A stretch of 21,112 nucleotides of DNA from Octopus sinensis (Eukaryota), in the NCBI RefSeq assembly GCF_006345805.1, contig NW_021836237.1, positions 1-21,112 on the forward strand, in the 5' to 3' direction. Shown here piece after piece: positions 11,023-21,112 of the stretch. The notes under the pieces were generated by a model that saw only the letters and a program-made list of their open reading frames with translations, did no database searches and was not told the origin of the DNA. A program made the position numbers and the translations under genes. Positions within the stretch are counted from its first letter, which is position 1, and every line of letters starts with the position of its first letter.

Positions 11023-11752
11023 CATAGATATACATACATATACATACACATTTATATCTATCTATCTGTCTATACATACGTACATATATACATACATACA
11101 TACATACATACACACATACATACATACATACACACATACATACATACATACATACATACATACACACATACATACATACATACATACACACATACATACA
11201 TACATACATACACACATACATACATATATACATACATTTAAAAAATTTTTTTTACATACATACATTCATACATACGTACACACATACAAACATACACACA
11301 TACATACAAACATACATACACACATACACACATACACATACACACATACATACACACATACATACATACACTCATACATACATACATACATACATACATA
11401 CACACATACACACATACACATACACACATACATACACACATACATACATACAAACATACATACACACATACACACATACACATACACACATACATACACA
11501 CATACATACATACACTCATACATACATACATACACTCATACATAAACACATACATACATACATACATACATACATACATTCATACATACATACATACATT
11601 CATACATACATACAAACACATACATACATACATACATTCATACATACAAACATACATACATACATACATACATACATACATACATTCATACATACAAACA
11701 TACATACATACAAACATACATACATACATACATACATACATACATACATACA
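11023..11752. repeat. (CATA)n/(CA)n microsatellite
   Basis: Direct reading; source of the MYVC/HTYI ORFs. Confidence 0.96.
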
Positions 11753-11774
11753 TGGTCGGCAATAAGATAGATAT

Positions 11775-12738
11775 CTCTTTCTCTTTTCTCTTTTACTTGT
11801 TTCAGTCATTTGAATGCGGCCATGCTGGAGCACCGCCTTTAGTCGAAGCAAATCGACCCCGGGACTTATTCTTTGTAACCCAGTACTATTCTATCGGTCT
11901 CTTTTTTTGCCGACCGCTAAGTGACGGGAACGTGAACACACCAGCATCGGTTGTCAAGCAAGCTAGGGGGACAAACACAGACAACACACACACATACATA
12001 TATATATACATATATACGACAGGCTTCTTTCAGTTTCCGTCTACAAATCCACTCACAAGGCATTGGTCGGCCCGGGGCTATAGCAGAAGACACTTGCCCA
12101 AGATGCCACGCAGTGGGACTGAACCCGAACCATGTGGTAGTTTAGCAAGCTACTTACCACACAGCCACTCCCGGGCCTATATATATATATTTATATACAT
12201 ATATACGATGGGCTTCTTTCAGTTTCCGTTACCAGATCCACTCACAAGGCATTGGTCGGCCTGGGGCTATAGTAGAAGACACTTGCCCAAGATGCCACGC
12301 AGTGGGACTGAACCCGGAACCATGTGGTTGGTTAGCAAGCTACTTACCACACAGCCACTCCTGCGCCTATATATATATATATATACGACAGGCTTCTTTC
12401 AGTTTCCGTCTACCAATTCCACTCACAAGGCATTGGTCGGCCCGGGGCTATAGCAGAAGACACTTGCCCAAGATGCCACGCAGTGGGACTGAACCCGGAA
12501 CCATGTGGTAGGTTAGCAAGCTACTTACCACACAGCCACTCCCGTGCCTATATATATATATTTATATACATATATACGATGGGCTTCTTTCAGTTTCCGT
12601 TACCAGATCCACTCACAAGGCATTGGTCGGCCTGGGGCTATAGTAGAAGACACTTGCCCAAGATGCCACGCAGTGGGACTGAACCCGGAACCATGTGGTA
12701 GGTTAGCAAGCTACTTACCACACGGCCACTCCTGCGCC
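11775..12738 (-). mobile_element. SINE family A cluster: one 3' module with four tandem tRNA-like heads
   Basis: Heads at about 12017-12177, 12205-12368, 12384-12548 and 12576-12738, separated by (TA)n; 3' module about 11775-11990. Confidence 0.9.
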
Positions 12739-13141
12739 TATATATAGAAAAAAGAAAAAAGAAAAAGAAAGGTTGGCAATGCCTGTGCAGAGTTTTAGGT
12801 CCAATAAGGCTTGCACAACACCTCACAGACCCTCTCCACTCTATTGACATTATCCAGAGATAAGCCGGAGCAAGATGTCTGGTGCCAATATGAGTTGCAG
12901 GCTCAGGGATGTGGGAGCGCCGTGATCTCTAGCACAAACCAAAGATCCCCAAAATGTTCAATGCCATTCCCTGCATATCTGGTTTTATATCAGAGTGACC
13001 TTCTCCTGGAGACATGCTTTAACAAAAGCTGAGGGGTGCCTCACTCCCAGTGGTCTTTCAGCACGCCGGACACCACCCCGGAATTTCTACATACCCGTAC
13101 TAACATTTATTGGATGGCCGTTGATTCTCAAGAGGTCCTCA

Positions 13142-13445
13142 AACATACATTCATACATACATACATACATACATAGATACATACATTCATACATACATAC
13201 ATACACACACATACATACATACATACATACATACATTCATACATACATACATACAAACATACATACATACATACATACATACATACATACATACATACAT
13301 AGATACATACATTCATACATACATACATACAAACATACATACATTCATATATTCATACATACATACATACATGCATTCATACATACATACATACCATAAT
13401 ACATACAATACATACATACCATAATACATACAATACATACATACA
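13142..13445. repeat. (CATA)n microsatellite
   Basis: Direct reading. Confidence 0.95.
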
Positions 13446-13499
13446 CACCCCTCTCTCTCTTTGGGAGAGGCACAAGCACCTACACGCACATATACACAC

Positions 13500-13656
13500 A
13501 CGGCAGTAACTTCCACCTACCGAATTCAATCACAAAGCTCCGGTCAGCTCGGGGCTATAGTGGAAGACACCTACCCGAAGTGCCACGCAGTGGGACTGAA
13601 CCCGAAACCATGTAGTTAGGAAGCAAGCTCCCTAACCACACAGCCATGTCCGCGCC
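13500..13656 (-). mobile_element. Older, diverged SINE family A head
   Basis: GTGCCACGCAGTGGGACTGAACCCG...CCACACAGCCA is retained, with many substitutions elsewhere. Confidence 0.8.
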
Positions 13657-14052
13657 TATATACATACACACATACATACATACATTCATACATACATTCA
13701 TACATACATACATACATTCATACATATATGCATATATATATATATACATACATACACACACACATACATACATACATACATACATACACACACACACATA
13801 CATACATACATACATACACACACACACATACATACACACATACATACATACATACATACATACATACATACATACATACATACATACATACATACATACA
13901 AACATACACACATACATACATACACACACACATACATACATACATACATACACACACACACATACATACATACATACATACACACACACACATACATACA
14001 CACATACATACATACATACATACATACATACATACATACATTTATATATATA
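13657..14052. repeat. (CATA)n/(CA)n microsatellite
   Basis: Direct reading. Confidence 0.95.
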
Positions 14053-14053
14053 A

Positions 14054-14426
14054 CTAGCAGTATCGCCCGGCATTGCTCGGGTTTGTTTCGACCCTTTAGA
14101 ATTGGAATTTTTGGAAAGTAAAAATTTTGCATTATGTAGCTTGTTATTCTCTTTAAGTGAACATTTTTTCTGTTTGAAATACACTGAAAAATGATGACAC
14201 AACAGTCAAAAAATTGTAAAAAATAGGGATTTTCATAGAGAAAAAGCACCTTTTTGATGTAAATAATTTTTGGTGTTAACATGGTCCGATTAAAATTTTT
14301 TCTTCTACAGAAGGCAAAGCAAACCTTCTTCTATCAACTTGCACTGCAAGGTCTCGAAGGAGATAGTGTTAGTTGAAGGCTACCAAACCTGCCATACACA
14401 GACAACTTCAGCTTTAGATATAGAGA
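14054..14426 (-). mobile_element. Non-autonomous Helitron-like element, both ends present
   Basis: Minus strand A|TC...CCCGAGCAATGCCGGG (subterminal hairpin)-CGATACTG-CTAG|T: 5' TC, 3' CTAG, between A and T, no TSD. Confidence 0.8.
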
Positions 14427-14429
14427 TTA

Positions 14430-14648
14430 CTAGCATTATCACCCGGAGTTGTTCGGGTTTGTTTCGACCCTTTAGAATTGGAATTTTTGAAAAGTAAAAA
14501 TGTTGCATTATGTAGCTTGTTATTCTCTTTAAGTGAACATTTTTCTGGTTGAAATACACCGAAAAATGGCGACACAGCAGTCAAAAAATCTTTAAAAAAT
14601 AGGGATTTTCATAGAAAAAAAGCACCTTTTTCATGTAAATAATTTTTG
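14430..14648 (-). mobile_element. Second, 5'-truncated copy of the same Helitron-like element
   Basis: CTAG at 14430-14433; aligns to 14054-14272 with scattered substitutions. Confidence 0.78.
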
Positions 14649-14869
14649 CCAAAATATTTACGTCGCATCAATGCAGCACAGAATTTTGTCAGTAAACAGG
14701 TTGCAGTCTCAAAGCGACGAAAATATATGGGCAAATTTAAATTTAAATGTTGGAGTGAATCTAACGGTTTTTGTGTGTTTCTTAAATGGCTTACAAACAC
14801 CTTCCATGCTGCAATTAAATAAGTAATTAAATAAGTAAATAATTAAATAAATAAATAAATAAATAAATA

Positions 14870-15390
14870 GTGGTAAGTGGCTTGGTTACAAACCACATGG
14901 TTCCGGGTTCAGTTCCACTGCGTGGCACCTTGGGCAAGTGTCTTCTGCTATAGCCCCGGGCCGACCAATGCCTTGTGAGTGGATTTGGTAGACGGAAACT
15001 GAAAGAAGCCTGTCGTATATATGTATATATATATATATATGTATGTGTGTTTGTGTGTCTGTGTTTGTCCCCCTAGCATTGCTTGACAACCGATGCTGGT
15101 GTGTTTACGTCCCCGTCAAATAACCGTTCGGCAAAAGAGACCGATAGAATAAGTACTGGGCTTACAAAGAATAAGTCCTGGGGTCGAGTTGCTCGATTAA
15201 AGGCGGTGCTCCAGCATGGCCGCAGTCAAATGACTGAAGCAAGTAAAAAGAGTAAACTTAGCGGTTCGGCAAAAGAGACCGATTGAATAAGTACTGGGCT
15301 TACAAAGAATAAGTCCCGGGGTCGATTTGCTCGACTTAAGGCGGTGCTCCAGCATGGCCGCAGTCATATGACTGAAACAAGTAAAAAGAA
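14870..15390 (+). mobile_element. SINE family A, slightly 5'-truncated, with duplicated 3' module
   Basis: Follows a (TAAA)n tract; second tail module begins about 15256. Confidence 0.88.
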
Positions 15391-15621
15391 AAAATAAAAA
15401 AAAGGGAAAAAAAGGAAAGATTTGGCCGTTGTAGTCCAAGGGACATAATTCGTATCTCAGACAAGTTTTTGTCAAAGTTATTTCCCTTGGACTTTAGAAA
15501 ATCATTAAGGTACCCGGCAAAGTGTACTTAATAACGGTGACGGAACAGAAACAGCACCCGCGGCGGCGGCGGCAGCAGTAGGGCCGCCAGCGGCCACTCC
15601 ATCTGCAAGGATGGACTTGTA

Positions 15622-16372
15622 GGTACAGAAGTGGCTGTGTGGTAAGAAGCGGTGAGCTGGCAGAAACGTTAGCACGCCGGGCGAAATGCTTAGCGGTATT
15701 TCGTCTGCCGTTACGTTCTGAGTTCAAATTCCGCCGAGGTCGACTTTGTCTTTCATCCTTTCGGGGTCGATTAAATAAGTACCAGCTACGCACTGAGGTC
15801 GATGTAATCGACTTAATCCGTGTGTCTGTCCTTGTTTGTCCCCTCTGTGTTTAGCCCCTTGTGGGTAGTAAAGAAATAGGTATTTCGTCTGTCTTTACGT
15901 TCTGAGTTCAAATTCCGCCGAGGTCGACTTTGTCTTTCATCCTTTCGGGGTCGATTAAATAAGTACCAGCTACGCACTGAGGTCGATGTAATCGACTTAA
16001 TCCGTTGTCTGTCCGTGTTTGTCCTCTCTGTGTTTAGCCCCTTGTGGGTAGTAAAGAAATAGGTATTTCGTCTGCCGTTAGGTTCTGAGTTCAAATTCCG
16101 CCGAGGTCGACTTTGTCTTTCATCCTTTCGGGGTCAATAAATTAAGTACCAGCTACGCACTGGGGTCGATATAATCGACTTAATCCCTTTGTCTGTCCTT
16201 GTTTGTCCCCTCTGTGTTTAGCCCCTTGTGGGTAGTAAAGAAATAAGAAGCTGGCTCCCCAACCGCATGGTTCTGGGTTCAGTCCCACTGTGTGGCGCTT
16301 TGAGCAGGTGTTTTCTACTACAGTCTAGGTTGACCAAAGGGGATTTGGTAGACGGAAACTGAAAGAAGCCTG
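15622..16372 (+). mobile_element. Diverged SINE family A head split in two (15622-15650 and 16252-16372) by the family B insertion
   Basis: AGTGGCTGTGTGGTAAGAAGC rejoins TGGCTCCCCAACCGCATGGTTCTGGGTTCAGTCCCACTG. Confidence 0.8.
15651..16243 (+). mobile_element. tRNA-derived SINE family B with a ~183-bp body in three tandem copies, nested in an old family A head
   Basis: B-box-like GAGTTCAAATTCC; GGTATTTCGTCTG at 15695, 15879 and 16062; TAAGAAGC direct repeat at 15643-15650 and 16244-16251. Confidence 0.88.
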
Positions 16373-16436
16373 CCCCAAGGAAAAACTAAGCTAAGAGCAT
16401 TAGATTCCTTGGAAGAAAGCAGCGAATGTATACAAC

Positions 16437-16503
16437 GTGTGTGTGTGTGTATGTGTGTGTCTGTGTGTTTGTGTGTGTGTGTGTTTGTGTGTGTGTGTGC
16501 TTG

Positions 16504-16534
<31 letters not shown>

Positions 16535-16553
16535 TTGTGTGTGTGTGTGCTTG

Positions 16554-16604
<51 letters not shown>

Positions 16605-16639
16605 GTTTGTGTGTGTGTGTTTGTGTGTGTGTGTGCTTG

Positions 16640-16671
<32 letters not shown>

Positions 16672-16745
16672 CTTGTGTGTGTGTGTGTGTGTGTGTGTGT
16701 TTGTGTATGTGTATGTGTGTGTTTGTGTATGTGTGTGCTTGTGTA
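16437..16745. repeat. (TG)n microsatellite with periodic TT/CT interruptions
   Basis: Direct reading; source of the poly-CV/HT ORFs. Confidence 0.96.
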
Positions 16746-16855
16746 CATTTCTACTTGCATACGTGTGTGCTTCCGTATGTGTGTACAACACAACACTTGA
16801 TATTAGATTCCAGGTGACAAAAAGGAAAAAGAAAAAAAAAAACCTTACTACTCAC

Positions 16856-16978
16856 CTGTATACCCTTTCGGACAAACACATATGTAGCCCTTGTGTTCGT
16901 CCACACAGGTGGCATAGTTCTCACATTTATGGGACACACAGTCATCCACACTGGCCAGGCAATCTGCAGACGTCCAGC
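16856..16978 (-). CDS. Delta-like exon: end of DSL plus EGF1 (GWTSADCLASVDDCVSHKCENYATCVDEHKGYICVCPKGYT/G)
   Basis: Acceptor ctctctcttgatgttaatag and donor CAG|gtgagt; 123 nt, phase 1 to 1. In frame with both neighbours; absent from the ORF track in this frame. Confidence 0.93.
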
Positions 16979-17032
16979 CTATTAACATCAAGAGAGAGTA
17001 AGATTTTACTTAACGACTAAACAAAAACAGAC

Positions 17033-19243
17033 AGGTAAGTTGAGGTAAGTTAAGTTAATTTTTTGGCTCAAAAAGCAAAAAGCTAGGCTATGTAGGGGGA
17101 CAGGGATTTATGTACAGGGAGGGTGGTCATGCAAAGAGTTCAGGCCATTTGTGGTCAAGGGAGACCTTGAACCGAGCGGTCGTCGGCATCTTCACTATCT
17201 TGTCCGGCAGCTTATGCCACAGATCCGCAACCCAGACGGAGAAAGCCCCTCTCTTTCGATTGAGATGAAATCGTCGTAGATAGAGCTTATATATATATAT
17301 ATATATATAGATATATATATATATATTCAATTCAATTCAATTCAATTTTTATTGGCTCAAAAAGCAAAAGCAAGGCCATGTAGGGGCACATGGAGTTATG
17401 TACAGGGAGGGTGTTCATGCAAAGAGTTCAGGCCATTTCTGGTCAAGAGAGACTTTGAACTGAGCGGTCGTCTGGCAGCTTATTCCACGGATCCGCAACC
17501 CGGACGGAGAAAGCACCTCTCCTTCGATTGAGATGAAATCGTCGTAGATAGAGCTTTATATATATATATATGTATATATATAGTGTAATAAATAAAAATA
17601 TATATGCATACATACATCTACATATATATATACATGCATATATAAATATATATACGTGAGTACAGGACACCACAACTAGACGTAGAACTCAACGAGAAAC
17701 GAAAACGGAAAAACCATTTTTTTACAACAGAAAAACAGAGAATAGGACATACTACACAGGGAAAAATCCCCTTCATCAGCTGTCACTAGTTCGACTCTAG
17801 CATGTTTCGAAATATATATATATATATATTCAATTCAATTTTTATTGGCTCAAAAAGCAAAAGCAAGGCCATGTAGGGGGACATGGAGTTATGTACAGGG
17901 TGGTGTTCATGTAAAGAGTTCAGGCCATTTCTGGTCAAGAGAGACTTTGAACCGAGCAGTCGTCGGCATCTTCACCATCTCGTCCGGCAGCTTATTCCAC
18001 AGATCTGCAACCCGGACGGAGAAAGCCCCTCTCCTTCGATTGAGATGAAATCGTCGCAGATAGAGCTTTATATATATATATATTCTATTCAATTCAATTT
18101 TTATTGGCTCAATAAGCAAAAGCAGGCCATGTAGGGGGACAGGAGTTATGTACAGGGTGGTGGTCATACAAAGAGTTCAGGCTATTTCTGGTCAGAGAGA
18201 CTTTGAACCGAGCAGGTCGTCGGCATCTTCACTATCTCGTCCGGCAGCTTATTCCACGGAACCGCAACCCGGACAGAGAAAGCCCCTCTATAGAGAATAA
18301 AGGTCGAGCGTCTTACCACACAGCCACCCCTATGCCTATATTTATATTTAGAAGGTCATTTCTTATGGTCATTTACCATCAGTCTTGCATTTATAAAGCA
18401 CTTAGCTGTACAGGTAAGTTAAGGTAAGTTAAGTTTATTTTTTGGCTCACAAAGCATAAAGCAAGGCCATGTAGGGGGACAGGGAGTTATGTACAGGGTG
18501 TGTTTCATGTAAAGAGTTCAGGCCATTTCTGGTCAAGAGAGACTTTGAACCGAGCAGTCGTCGGCATCTTCACCATCTCGTCCGGCAGCTTATTCCACAG
18601 ATCTGCAACCCGGACGGAGAAAGCCCCTCTCCTTCGATTGAGATGAAATCGTCGCAGATAGAGCTTTATATATATATATATTCTATTCAATTCAATTTTT
18701 ATTGGCTCAATAAGCAAAAGCAAGGCCATGTAGGGGGACAGGGAGTTATGTACAGGGTGGTGGTCATACAAAGAGTTCAGGCTATTTCTGGTCAAGAGAG
18801 ACTTTGAACCGAGCAGTCGTCGGCATCTTCACTATCTCGTCCGGCAGCTTATTCCACGGAACCGCAACCCGGACAGAGAAAGCCCCTCTATAGAGAATAA
18901 AGGTCGAGCGTCTTACCACACAGCCACCCCTATGCCTATATTTATATTTAGAAGGTCATTTCTTATGGTCATTTACCATCAGTCTTGCATTTATAAAGCA
19001 CTTAGCTGTACAGGTAAGTTAAGGTAAGTTAAGTTTATTTTTTGGCTCACAAAGCATAAAGCAAGGCCATGTAGGGGGACAGGGAGTTATGTATAAGGAG
19101 GGTGGTCATACAAAGAGTTCAGGCCATTTCTGGTCAAGGGAGACTTTGAACCGAGCGGTCGTCCATCTTCACTATCTCGCCCGGCAGCTTATTCCACGGA
19201 TCCACAATCCGGAGGGAGAAAGACCCTCTCCTTCGATTGAGAC
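17033..19243 (-). mobile_element. Array of seven 3'-end fragments of a CR1/L2-type LINE
   Basis: Copies at about 17033-17289, 17326-17557, 17829-18068, 18083-18290, 18411-18667, 18681-18890 and 19011-19243. They translate to KLYLRRFHLNRRRGAFSVRVADLWNKLPDEMVKMPTTARFKVSLDQKW, matching the CR1/L2 ORF2 C-terminal pattern (FS-R...WN-LP...FK--LD), then a short 3' UTR and pentamer tail. Confidence 0.82.
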
Positions 19244-20022
19244 CATCACCTAATCACCCTCATCCATCTTGTTGCTTAACAACAACAACAACCCCACCAC
19301 CACCACCACAATACCAGCAGCCTGCAACGCCACCACCACCAACACCATCCCACCACCACCACAACACCAGCACCACCCCTGCTGCTGCCACCACCACCAC
19401 CACCAACAACAACAGCCATCCAAGAATTTGGACCTGGAGATCCCCATTCCCCCCCCCCCGACTTCGAGGGGCCACCTCCCAGTGGTGTCGGGCGTCAACA
19501 AAGATCCCTCGACTACAACAAGAGGACCAAAGTTTTTTTTTCCAAGATCTGGGGTCTCTCGCCCCTAAGCCCTCGACCATCACCTTAATCACCCTCATCC
19601 ATCTTGTTGCTTAACAACAACAACAACAACCCCACCACCACCACCAACCCCACCACCACCACCAACCCCACCACCACCACCAACCCCACCACCACCGCAT
19701 AATCACCACTCCACCACCACCACCCCGTAATCTCCTCCAACACCATCAACACCCCATAATCACAACCATCCCACCACCACCACCACAATACCAGCAGCCT
19801 GCAACCCCCCCCATCCCCCATCCCCCCCACCACCAACACCACCACCATAATACCAGCAGCCCCACCCACACCACCACAACAATACCAGCAGCCCCACCCA
19901 CACCACCACACCACCAACCATGAAATACCAACCATGCAGCCGCAGCCCCACCCACACCACCACCACCACCACCATGATACCAGCAGCCTGCAGCCCCACC
20001 CACACCACCACTGCCGCCACAC
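19243..20022. repeat. (CAC/CAA)n-rich low-complexity region with a ~65-bp direct repeat (about 19243-19310 and 19577-19645)
   Basis: Direct reading. Confidence 0.85.
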
Positions 20023-20041
20023 CAAAAGCAAACACACTCAC

Positions 20042-20172
20042 CTTCATAACATTTCTTCTCCCCGGTCTTTGTGTCACAATAGAAATTGTCGCCCCTCTTT
20101 GCTTTGCAGTAGACATCACACGAGGGTCCATAGTAGTCCGGGTCACAATAGGAGGTGATGCTGGCGACCAAC
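20042..20172 (-). CDS. Delta-like protein, first exon in window: DSL domain (LVASITSYCDPDYYGPSCDVYCKAKRGDNFYCDTKTGEKKCYE/G)
   Basis: Acceptor ttcccgttgtttccag and donor GAAG|gtgagt; 131 nt, phase 2 to 1. The pattern C-x3-YYG-x2-C-x3-C...C...G-x2-K-C-x2-G, completed by WTSADC in the next exon, matches the DSL motif. Confidence 0.92.
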
Positions 20173-20214
20173 CTGGAAACAACGGGAAGAACAGGCGTTA
20201 AATTGATGTACAAG

Positions 20215-20612
20215 TTACTCTTTTACTCCTTTACTTGTTTCAGTCATTTGACTGCGGCCATGCTGGAGCACTGCCTTTAGTCGAGCAATTTGACCCCAGG
20301 ACTTATTCTTTGCAAGCCTAGTACTTATTCTATCGGTCTCTTTTGCCGAACCGCTAAGTCACGGGGACGTAAACGCACCAGCATCGGTTGTCAATCAATG
20401 CTAGGGGGACAAACACAGGCACACAAACACACACGCACACATATATATATACATATATACGACGGGCTTCTTTCAGTTTCTGTCTACCAAATCCACTCAC
20501 AAGGATTTGGTCGGCCCAAGGCTATAGTAGAAGACACTTGCCCAAGGTGCCACGCAGTGGGACTGAACCCGGAACCATGTGGTTGGTTAGCAAGCTACTT
20601 ACCACACAGCCA
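20215..20612 (-). mobile_element. SINE family A, nearly full length
   Basis: Reverse complement of the family consensus, lacking about 10 nt at the 5' end. Confidence 0.9.
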
Positions 20613-20846
20613 CATATATATATATATATGTATGTGTGTGTTTGTGTGTCTATCTTTGTCCCCCTAGCATTGCTTGACAACCAATGCTGGTGTGTTTATG
20701 TCCCCCGTCACTTAGTGATTCGGCAAAAGAGACCGATAGAATAAGTAACTAGGCTTACAAAGAGTAAGTCCTGGGGTCGATTTGCTCAACTAAAGGCGGT
20801 GCTCCAGCATGGCCACACTCAAATGACTGAAACAAGTAAAAGAGTT
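20613..20846 (+). mobile_element. SINE family A, 3' half only, inverted relative to its neighbour
   Basis: Starts at the (TA)n hinge and ends GAAACAAGTAAAAGAG. Confidence 0.88.
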
Positions 20847-21112
20847 ATATTGTGATGTAATCTTTGGGCCAACAATGTTTGTGGCTGAAGAGAGCTTTAA
20901 ACCATCTTTTCTATCAATAATACACTGATGTAATAACAGATTGTTTATAAAGCTTGAAACATGTGTACCGCAATATCCTTTGTGTTCTGTTTTTAATTTA
21001 TTTTTGATATACATACATATATATATATATTAAATTAGAGATAAAACAACTATTAGGCAAATCAAAAGGAAAATGTAATATAATTTTATATATATGCCAG
21101 CCCCGTCTGGCA

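Noticed and set aside
12770-13140. Unique-looking segment as a possible extra exon
   Set aside because: No recognisable domain or convincing splice-site pair, and the flanking exons already complete EGF1; origin unresolved.
15540-15620. GC/CpG-rich patch (GCGGCGGCGGCGGCAGCAG) as a promoter or exon
   Set aside because: Too short, with no supporting splice sites or motif.
8446-16978. Notch receptor, Crumbs or Jagged/Serrate assignment
   Set aside because: A DSL precedes only eight EGFs, and no LNR, laminin-G or Cys-rich vWC-like domain follows.
17655-17812. Second hammerhead candidate (minus strand GAAACATGCTA...CTGATGA plus hairpin)
   Set aside because: No GAAA follows the hairpin after CTGATGA, so a full core cannot be built; at most a fragment of a repeat.
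19237-20037. Pro/Thr/His-rich or Gly/Trp/Val-rich ORFs resembling mucin or TM segments
   Set aside because: They derive from (CAC)n low-complexity DNA in the intron that splits the DSL domain.

Overview
This is eukaryotic, repeat-rich genomic DNA, most likely from an octopod cephalopod (inferred from the SINE families, not verified by search). It is not prokaryotic, and I see no CRISPR arrays, operons, rRNA or intact tRNA genes. The window lies inside one minus-strand, intron-containing gene. Seven GT-AG exons (20172-20042, 16978-16856, 10989-10748, 9039-8446, 6529-6487, 2711-2552, 701-515; 1480 nt, about 493 aa) splice in frame. They encode the ectodomain of an atypical Delta-like Notch-ligand-family protein: DSL domain, 8 EGF repeats (no DOS-type repeats), a Pro-rich linker and a Cys-free ~115-aa alpha/beta-patterned region. 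The start codon, any TM helix and the stop codon lie outside the window. The introns hold at least three SINE families, Helitron-like elements, an array of CR1/L2-type LINE 3' ends, a 28-bp minisatellite, microsatellites and several long inverted repeats. One inverted repeat is TSD-flanked and Penelope-like, with a variant hammerhead-ribozyme-like motif. Nearly all long ORFs in the supplied track are repeat artefacts.
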